Below the pieces are notes generated by a model that was not told the DNA's origin, did no database searches, and saw only the letters and a list, made by a program, of their open reading frames with translations. Below, in pieces: positions 57,202 to 64,000 of a stretch of DNA of 64,000 nt. A program made the position numbers and the translations under genes. Within the stretch, counting starts at the first letter, position 1. Each line of letters opens with the position of its first letter. Source of the stretch: Candidatus Latescibacterota bacterium (GTDB lineage: Bacteria > Latescibacterota > UBA2968 > UBA8231); the NCBI GenBank assembly GCA_965215195.1, contig CBDCDC010000002.1, positions 4,640,001 to 4,704,000 on the forward strand. Direction: 5' to 3'.

Positions 57202-59877
57202 TTGATAAACCTGCACGACAATACAGCTAAGGGGCTCATCGTCCTAGGGCTTTTGAGCACCAGCCTCCTACCAGCGGCCGGGCAGCAGGACTACGGCGCG
57301 CGCCTGGGCTGGGGCCAAGGGGACGAGTATAGCTATGCCCCCCAAGGGCCGGGGGTGATGCTCAACGCCATTGACCCGGCCATACGCAAGTGGTACGTGC
57401 CCCAAGAGCTCTACCTAGACTACCGCTGGCACCAGTGGGAGTACACGAACTATGCGCGGGATCACTACCAGCGCTACATCGACACCTCGCTAGAGGGCGA
57501 ATACTTCTACGACATCTACGGCAACTCGCTCCCCCGCGGCTGGTTGATCTACAACAATTCGCAGACCACGCCGGGGCAGTTCGGCAACTCCCTGTTCAAA
57601 TCCAATCGCTTCAGAGACTGGTTCTCCGGCGTGGTCGTCACCCACGACCAGAAGGGTCAATACTATTTCTCGCTGACCGTGAGCAATCAGCTATACACGA
57701 CCCTGACGCCCATGGTGTTCTCCAAGCCGCGCTTCGACGGGCTGCAGTTCGACCTAGCCACGGACCGCGTCGAGGCCACGCTGCTCTATTCCCGCATAAG
57801 CAATCCCGGCGCCAGCAGCACCCTCAACAGGGAATCCTTGAGCACCAACAACACGAGCTTGATCGGTGGGCGGCTGACCGGGGAGATCGGCGATTATGCC
57901 AAGGTGGGGCTACACGCCGTCAACGCCCACCAGTCCAACACGTTGCGCGACAGGACGAGCTGGAACCCCTTAGCCGGCGAGCTGACCGTGGCGCAGAACA
58001 AACCCATCGGTTTCATCCAGCTCGTACTGCGCGACGACTCGCCCGAGGACGGCGAGGGGGGCGCGGCGTACTTTCCGGCCGGATCAGACATCTTCATCAC
58101 CTATCAGGACGGCACCCGGGAGCGGGGTAGGGAGATCGGCTTCCTGCCGCTCGTGGAGGGCGGGATTGTCCGCCAGGGCTTCATCGCCGCTGACGGCGCG
58201 GAAGAGGTGCGGCTGGTCTACGACTTCGACAGTCCCGGTTTTCTCGACCAAGCGAAATTTACCAAGGCCGAGATCGTCGAGGTAGAATTCCGGCTGCAGA
58301 TGGGCAACGACTACCAAGTTTGGGTAACCTCCGATCAGCAGACCGATTTCGACGGCCAGCCGGTCCTGCTGCTCGTGGCCCAAGCCGAGGGCAACGTCCG
58401 CGACATCACCAATCTGCGCACGGTGCGCTTCCACTACGGGCTGCCCACCGCAACCCATATCGCCGGAGGCAGTCTCGAGATTCGCGCCCCGTTCGGCTTC
58501 GACTTCTACGGCGAGTACGACCGCAGCTGGACCTACCGCAAATACCCCAACGTCGCAGAGGAAACGCACCACTCCTCCTCTGGCATCCGAGGCGCGGCGA
58601 GCGCGCCGGCCTGGATGGTGAACGTTTCCCAGAGCAGGGCACCGTGGTTTTTCTTCGGCGAAGCCTACAGCATGGACCCGTTCTACAACACGCGCACCTT
58701 CCTCACCTCCGGCGTCGGAGAGATCGACTACGGCGATACGCGCCGCAGCGGGTTTGAACTGGTTGAGGACAACGACGACCACGACCGCGTCCCGGATACG
58801 GTGCGGGCCGATTGGCTGGAAGGCGACAAGGAGGTCTTCCCCAACTGGGACCAGAACAACGACTTCGTGCCCGATTTCAACCAGAACGACAACAGGGTAC
58901 GCGCCAATGCCATCCCCGACTACGAGGAAGCCTTCCTGCGCTTCGGCGTGGACCGCCCCCAGTTCCTCTTCGGCGTCGATATGAACCACAACTTCTGGAT
59001 CGATCAGTATGAGAACGACGAAGCCCCCGACTTCCCGTACCGCCGAGACCACGAGGGGTTCAACCTCTATGCCGGGGCCGCTATCACCCCCGCAGTGAAG
59101 GTGATAGCGGGCGTCCTGCGGGAGGCGTTGATCTCGAGCGACAAGAGGAATCACAGCAACTACGCCTTGCTGACTATTGATTCGGATACGCCCCGTTTTG
59201 GCCGGCTGCGCACCTACTGGATGGCCCAATGGGTTGAGGACGATATCCCCGATCCCCTGTTGCAGTGGGCGCCCGACAACTCCCTGCGCGGCGGGGAGCT
59301 CATCCGCATCGAAGATCCGCTCCTCGCGCGGGACACCTATATCAACCAACTCTTCGTCGGCTACTCCCTGCAAACAGGCCCTTGGCTGGTTGTCAACAAG
59401 GTCCGCCACGTCCTCTACGACCAGCGGATGTCCGACGAGCGCCGGCAGAAACTGGGCCTTTCTAACAAGGACTACTTCTTCGGTTTGACCAACAAGGCGA
59501 GCTACCGTCGCTGGGTCGGGCCTTTCCTGCTGGAACCGCGCTGGAAGAGCGAGTACATCCGCCAGACCCGCGGCCTGTTCGACGCCGGCCGGCGATCGAG
59601 CCTCACCGAGATGGTCGCGGCCATAGCGGAGACTCCGCTCTTGAGTGCATCCAAGGTCCAGACCGGAGTCGAGTACCTATACTTCAATGATCTGGACGAT
59701 GACCAGCGGGATTTCAACGCCCTAACCGTGGCGATACAGTTCACCACCGATTCCACCTATCTGGGTTACGGCCTGCGCTCGCTGCTCGGGGTTTCCGTAG
59801 AACACCGGGACTTCAAGCAGCGGAAGTCGCGGACGACCAATCAGTTTTTCATTACGCTCTACGCCGGTCTGGAGTAG
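57202..59877 (+). CDS. Large secreted/outer-membrane-like protein of unknown function
   Basis: Signal peptide; Asp-rich Ca-binding-like motifs; amphipathic strands ending FFITLYAGLE. Confidence 0.7.
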   Translation: MINLHDNTAKGLIVLGLLSTSLLPAAGQQDYGARLGWGQGDEYSYAPQGPGVMLNAIDPAIRKWYVPQELYLDYRWHQWEYTNYARDHYQRYIDTSLEGEYFYDIYGNSLPRGWLIYNNSQTTPGQFGNSLFKSNRFRDWFSGVVVTHDQKGQYYFSLTVSNQLYTTLTPMVFSKPRFDGLQFDLATDRVEATLLYSRISNPGASSTLNRESLSTNNTSLIGGRLTGEIGDYAKVGLHAVNAHQSNTLRDRTSWNPLAGELTVAQNKPIGFIQLVLRDDSPEDGEGGAAYFPAGSDIFITYQDGTRERGREIGFLPLVEGGIVRQGFIAADGAEEVRLVYDFDSPGFLDQAKFTKAEIVEVEFRLQMGNDYQVWVTSDQQTDFDGQPVLLLVAQAEGNVRDITNLRTVRFHYGLPTATHIAGGSLEIRAPFGFDFYGEYDRSWTYRKYPNVAEETHHSSSGIRGAASAPAWMVNVSQSRAPWFFFGEAYSMDPFYNTRTFLTSGVGEIDYGDTRRSGFELVEDNDDHDRVPDTVRADWLEGDKEVFPNWDQNNDFVPDFNQNDNRVRANAIPDYEEAFLRFGVDRPQFLFGVDMNHNFWIDQYENDEAPDFPYRRDHEGFNLYAGAAITPAVKVIAGVLREALISSDKRNHSNYALLTIDSDTPRFGRLRTYWMAQWVEDDIPDPLLQWAPDNSLRGGELIRIEDPLLARDTYINQLFVGYSLQTGPWLVVNKVRHVLYDQRMSDERRQKLGLSNKDYFFGLTNKASYRRWVGPFLLEPRWKSEYIRQTRGLFDAGRRSSLTEMVAAIAETPLLSASKVQTGVEYLYFNDLDDDQRDFNALTVAIQFTTDSTYLGYGLRSLLGVSVEHRDFKQRKSRTTNQFFITLYAGLE

Positions 59878-59885
59878 AGAGGTCC

Positions 59886-61880
59886 ATGCGGGACAACGGC
59901 TACAGGGCCGTCGGCGAGGCGGCCGCCATCTTTGCACTCGCTTTGTCAACGCGGTGGCTCTACGTCCACCAGACCGGCGACCACCCCCTGCGGGATATTC
60001 CCATTGGTGCCGCCATCGCCCATGTCGAGCGAGCTGCTGGAGAAGCGGCCGGTTTCGCGTCGCTGTACGATGCCTTTCTCGCAGGCACCTTGGGCATGGC
60101 CGGCGGGGACTACCAGCTAGCCCGGGGAGTCCAAGTCGCGCTGGGCACCGCCAACTGCGTCCTCGCTTGGTCGCTGGCGCGGGCCGCCTTCTCGCCCGGA
60201 ATAGCCGTCGCCGCCGGCCTAGCCGCTGCTGTCTACAGTCCGGCGATCTACTTCGCTGGTGCGCTCTTGCCGCCGGTCTTGGCTACGTGTCTAGTGCTGC
60301 TCAGTCTGATCGCCCTAGCGCAAGCCCTAACCGCAACGAGGGCCTCGCTCTTCTCGCTGCCGGGCTTGCTGCTCGGACTGGCCGTGCTGGCCGAATGGTG
60401 GGTGTCGCTGTTCGCCTTAGTCATGCTCGTCTGGTTGCTGCAGCGGAAAAAGCGGGGAGCGGCTGCCTCGCTGGCCTTGGGGATCTGCGCGCTGCTGCTG
60501 CCCGCCCTCCTGTGGTCGGCTTGGACGCCGGGATTTGCAGAGCTTGGGCTGGCCGAGGGCTTCCGCCGGATCTACGCCCTCTGGCAAGGGATTGAGTTCC
60601 TGCCAGACCTCGATCCCTACTATGCGCGCCAGCATTCCAGTCTGCTTGCGGCCTTGTTGTGGAAAGCCGGGCTGGCCTTTCCCTTCGGCCTAGTGGCCCC
60701 GCTGGCCCTAGTGGGCATCCTCTCGCGCCTCCGCGTCGAGCGCCAGCCGCTGGAGACCGCGCTACTCCTGTTCGCTGGATGTTTCGCGGTGCAGGCCCTG
60801 CTCTTCGCGCCGGCCGACTCGGGCACGCGGTCCCCGGCCGCACCGGCCTTGCTGATCTTTGCCGCCGTCGGGGTGGCGGCTATGGGTGCCCGGCCGCGCC
60901 GGCCCGCGCTGGCCCTCGGTGCGGTTGGCCTTCTCCTAGGCGTTGGTCTCAACATGGGCGATATGGGCGCGGCCGGCCGCGCCCGCCAGCACTACTGGCT
61001 CGGCTATGGCTTTGAGCAACTCGGCCTGCGCGCCAATGCGGTGCGGGAGTACGAGTTGGCCCTTGCGCTGGACGCCGGAAGCCTAGAGACCTACTACGCG
61101 CTGGCCGAGCACTACCTAGCCCAGAGCGACAATATCCGCGCCGCTGGCCTCTACGAGAGCCTGCTCCAGCACTGGCCCGATCAGGACCGGGCACGCCGGG
61201 CCCTCGGCGAGGTGTACATGGCCTCCGGGCGTGCTCCCGCAGCAGCGAAGTTGTACCGGGCGCTGCTCAACGCGGAGGCCGATGCGAAGGCCGAGGTGCT
61301 ACCCATGCTGGGCGAGGCGCTGGTCCGCAGCGGCGACATGGAAGGAGGCATCAGGGCCTACCGCGAGGCGCTAGATGTTCTGCCGAGCAACGGCGCGGTA
61401 CGCGGCAAGCTGGCCTTGTTGTACTCGGCGACCGGCCAGCTCGCCGCGGCGGTGGACGCCTACCGCATCCTGTTCGAGGAGGGACAAGTGGCCGAATTCG
61501 GTCCGCCGCTGGCCGAGGTGCTAATCCGCAGTCAGCGGGACGAGGATGCGGCGGCCGTGCTCGAGCGGGTCCTGCAGGTCGCGCCCGAATCAACCGCGGC
61601 CCTAGCGCTGCGGGGCAAGCAACTGTTTGAGCAGGGCCGCCACCGCGCCGCCGCGGTCCACTTCGAGCGGTTGCGCCGGCTTTGGCCGCAGGACTACCGC
61701 GTCTATTTCTACCTAGCCAAGCTCTACGAGCATCTCGGCGAAGATACCAAGGCCGACGATGCCCACGCGCTCTACATCCGCTATCGGCGGCACAAAGCGC
61801 GCGCGGCCATGCAGGGGCACATGCAGCTAGTAGGAGAAACGATGGCGGAGAAGTTGCAATCCCATCTGGAGCAGAGATAG
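59886..61880 (+). CDS. GT-C (PMT-like) membrane domain + TPR repeat protein
   Basis: Multi-TM N-half (LY..FLA, RGVQVALG, AGLAAAVYSPAIYF) followed by several TPR helix pairs. Confidence 0.75.
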   Translation: MRDNGYRAVGEAAAIFALALSTRWLYVHQTGDHPLRDIPIGAAIAHVERAAGEAAGFASLYDAFLAGTLGMAGGDYQLARGVQVALGTANCVLAWSLARAAFSPGIAVAAGLAAAVYSPAIYFAGALLPPVLATCLVLLSLIALAQALTATRASLFSLPGLLLGLAVLAEWWVSLFALVMLVWLLQRKKRGAAASLALGICALLLPALLWSAWTPGFAELGLAEGFRRIYALWQGIEFLPDLDPYYARQHSSLLAALLWKAGLAFPFGLVAPLALVGILSRLRVERQPLETALLLFAGCFAVQALLFAPADSGTRSPAAPALLIFAAVGVAAMGARPRRPALALGAVGLLLGVGLNMGDMGAAGRARQHYWLGYGFEQLGLRANAVREYELALALDAGSLETYYALAEHYLAQSDNIRAAGLYESLLQHWPDQDRARRALGEVYMASGRAPAAAKLYRALLNAEADAKAEVLPMLGEALVRSGDMEGGIRAYREALDVLPSNGAVRGKLALLYSATGQLAAAVDAYRILFEEGQVAEFGPPLAEVLIRSQRDEDAAAVLERVLQVAPESTAALALRGKQLFEQGRHRAAAVHFERLRRLWPQDYRVYFYLAKLYEHLGEDTKADDAHALYIRYRRHKARAAMQGHMQLVGETMAEKLQSHLEQR

Positions 61881-63946
61881 TGCGGAGACCTGTTCTGATT
61901 CTGCTGGCACTCGCTGGGCCGCTCGGGCTTTCCACCGCTAACAGCCAAGAGGTGCGGTTTGGCCAAGGGGGCAACATCACCTGGGAAGGAGAGGTCTCCG
62001 GGTTGCAGGGCGTCTCCACCATCCAGCCCGAATTCCGCCCTTCCCTCAATCCGCACACCACCGCCCTCGGCGTCGCCCCGGACGACCAGATCGAGCTGGC
62101 GCATTCCGACTACCCCGGCGCCATTCTGCCCATCCAGCTAGACGAGGGCGAGAACCTGTCCGCGCGTCTCGTCGCCGAGGGCGGCAGCATCGTCTCGGAA
62201 ACGGCCGTGGAGATCAACAACGACGAGCTGGCGGCGATCCTGCAGGGGCTCCTTTCTCCCAAATCGACGGGCACGGCTTTCGAGCGCAAGGGCACCAATA
62301 TCCTCGGCACGCTGCTGACCGTGGACCTCGGCACCATCGTCGGCGTCAACCGCATCCGCTTCTTTCCGCGCAACACCTTCCTCCCCGCTCCGACCACGCC
62401 GTTTCAGAACGACTTTCTGAGGAACTTTGAACTGCGCATCCACGATGGCTTGCACCTGAACGAAGCCGGGTTGCCGGCCTTGGGGACCTGGGAGTCCTTC
62501 CTGACCGTTAAGGACAGCACCGAGCCAGTGACCGTCGTCGAAATCGATCCGCCCCGCTATCTGCGCTTTGTCCGCCTGCGCGCCTCATCGTCCATACCCT
62601 TCGAGATCGAGAAGCTACAGATTTTCGGCGAAGGCTTTTTTCCGACCGCCCAGTATCTCTCGCCCATCGTCGATTTGGGCACCCCCAGCAACTGGGGACA
62701 GATTCGCTGGACGAGGAACGTGCTGGGCGAGGAGGCCCTTACCGATCTCATCGTCCGCACCCGCACCGGCAGCGACGACACCCCCTTCGTCTATAACCGC
62801 AGGGAGGTGGGCAACCCCAACGCCGAGGATATACCCTTCTCCAGCGAAAACCCGGGCCAACCTCTTTCCCGGGCGGAGTTCCTCGACCTTCCCGTCAAGG
62901 GGACCGCGGCCGATGCCTATGAGCGCGGGTCCATACGGGACGACCTAGACAACTGGAGCCCGTGGTCGCCGCCTTACTCGGGCGCGGACGGCGCCCGCAA
63001 TACTTCTCCGGCACCCCGCACCTATATCCAGTTCCGGGTCGACTTTCTGAGCCGAGGGCTGCACTCTAGCCAAGTCCTCGACGGCGTCGCCTTTGAGTTC
63101 ACTAGGCCGGCTCTGGCCGATGCCCTCATCGCCGAGGTCTTTCCGCGCACCGTGGAGGCCGCTCGGTCCACTGCCTTTGCGTATGCGGTGCGGGCCGAAA
63201 TGGAGCGCAGCGAGCTTCAGGGCTTCAACGGTTTTGAACTATTCACTCAAGGACGGGTCGAGCGGATCGCCCGCCTGGAGATCGTCGCCGCCGACGGCCA
63301 GAGCATCTTAGATCACACCTTTGAGACGCAGGATAGCGTCGCGGATGAGGGCGACGCAGCCATCACTTCCATCACCGACGAGAGTTTCGCCGTGCGCTTC
63401 CCGCGCATTGAAACGCACGGCACCATACTCAAGATCCACTTCGTCAACCGCGTTCTTGCCTACAGCAGCGATTTCGGCGGTCGGGCCCTGGTACAGGGAA
63501 CCGAGGCCTTTCAATGGGTACAAGCCGGCAACGCGGCCGCCTTAGACGAGAGCGATGCCGGCTTCGATTCGGGCATCACCGTCTTGAGTCCGGCCGTGAC
63601 CCGCACCGGACTGATCGGCAACTTCGCCTTGGACACACCCGTTTTCACGCCCAACGGCGACGGCGTACGCGACGGCCTGCGGCTGCGTTTCGAGGTGCTC
63701 ACGGTCGTGGGAGAGGCCGATATCCGGGTGGCCCTGTTCGATGTTAGCGGCCGGCCGCAGGCAACGATCTTCGAACACCGGGGCGGCAACGGCACCTACA
63801 CTGGAGCCCGTTTCTCCCGCCTCCATTGGGACGGCCGCGACGACCGAGGCGAGCTGCTGCCGCCCGGGGTCTATCTCGTGCGCCTGGAGGTGGGCGGCGA
63901 CGCCCGGGCCACCGCGGCCGTCCGCTTAGTGGGGATTGCGTATTAA
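61880..63946 (+). CDS. Large secreted protein with FlgD/CHU_C-like CTD, paralogue of 25211-27556
   Basis: GTG 61880 overlaps previous stop; signal peptide; VDLG, WSPWS, SPAPRTYIQFR, FTPNGDG, WDGRDDRG.LLPPGVYL. Confidence 0.8.
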   Translation: MRRPVLILLALAGPLGLSTANSQEVRFGQGGNITWEGEVSGLQGVSTIQPEFRPSLNPHTTALGVAPDDQIELAHSDYPGAILPIQLDEGENLSARLVAEGGSIVSETAVEINNDELAAILQGLLSPKSTGTAFERKGTNILGTLLTVDLGTIVGVNRIRFFPRNTFLPAPTTPFQNDFLRNFELRIHDGLHLNEAGLPALGTWESFLTVKDSTEPVTVVEIDPPRYLRFVRLRASSSIPFEIEKLQIFGEGFFPTAQYLSPIVDLGTPSNWGQIRWTRNVLGEEALTDLIVRTRTGSDDTPFVYNRREVGNPNAEDIPFSSENPGQPLSRAEFLDLPVKGTAADAYERGSIRDDLDNWSPWSPPYSGADGARNTSPAPRTYIQFRVDFLSRGLHSSQVLDGVAFEFTRPALADALIAEVFPRTVEAARSTAFAYAVRAEMERSELQGFNGFELFTQGRVERIARLEIVAADGQSILDHTFETQDSVADEGDAAITSITDESFAVRFPRIETHGTILKIHFVNRVLAYSSDFGGRALVQGTEAFQWVQAGNAAALDESDAGFDSGITVLSPAVTRTGLIGNFALDTPVFTPNGDGVRDGLRLRFEVLTVVGEADIRVALFDVSGRPQATIFEHRGGNGTYTGARFSRLHWDGRDDRGELLPPGVYLVRLEVGGDARATAAVRLVGIAY

Positions 63947-64000
63947 CAGGCGTTTTATGGGTCATTGCACGAAAAAACGAGGCCGGGGCGGACGCAGAAG

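Overview
GC-rich bacterial chromosomal window. The gene repertoire (FlgD/T9SS-like C-terminal domain proteins, tandem DUF6785/DUF6784-type membrane proteins, PhyH, Gfo/Idh/MocA and enolase-superfamily catabolic enzymes, Uma2, many TA modules) resembles Ca. Latescibacterota/FCB-group symbionts; this assignment is inference. No rRNA, tRNA or CRISPR array was recognised. Highlights: (1) a hidden selenoprotein, a lipoprotein peroxiredoxin-like gene with an in-frame UGA (UxxC) and a SECIS-like hairpin at 1628-2152; (2) small accessory/TA cassettes bracketed by imperfect duplications of the host gene end or gene junction, with no integrase nearby (around 10-14.4 kb, 28.6-29.5 kb and 38.8-39.3 kb), and several TA genes gutted by deletions; (3) a MITE family with 13-bp TIRs, 8-9-bp target duplications and REP-type hairpin cargo (5 copies, 2 subfamilies); (4) a C12 tract that frameshifts the signal peptide of an FN3-GSDH-cytochrome c fusion (candidate phase variation); (5) an operon of PPIase lipoprotein, 890-aa outer-membrane-like protein, GT-C/TPR protein and FlgD-CTD substrate, a candidate envelope/secretion system; (6) an intact IS701 inside a GDSL gene remnant, plus GmrSD and an orphan DNA methyltransferase.
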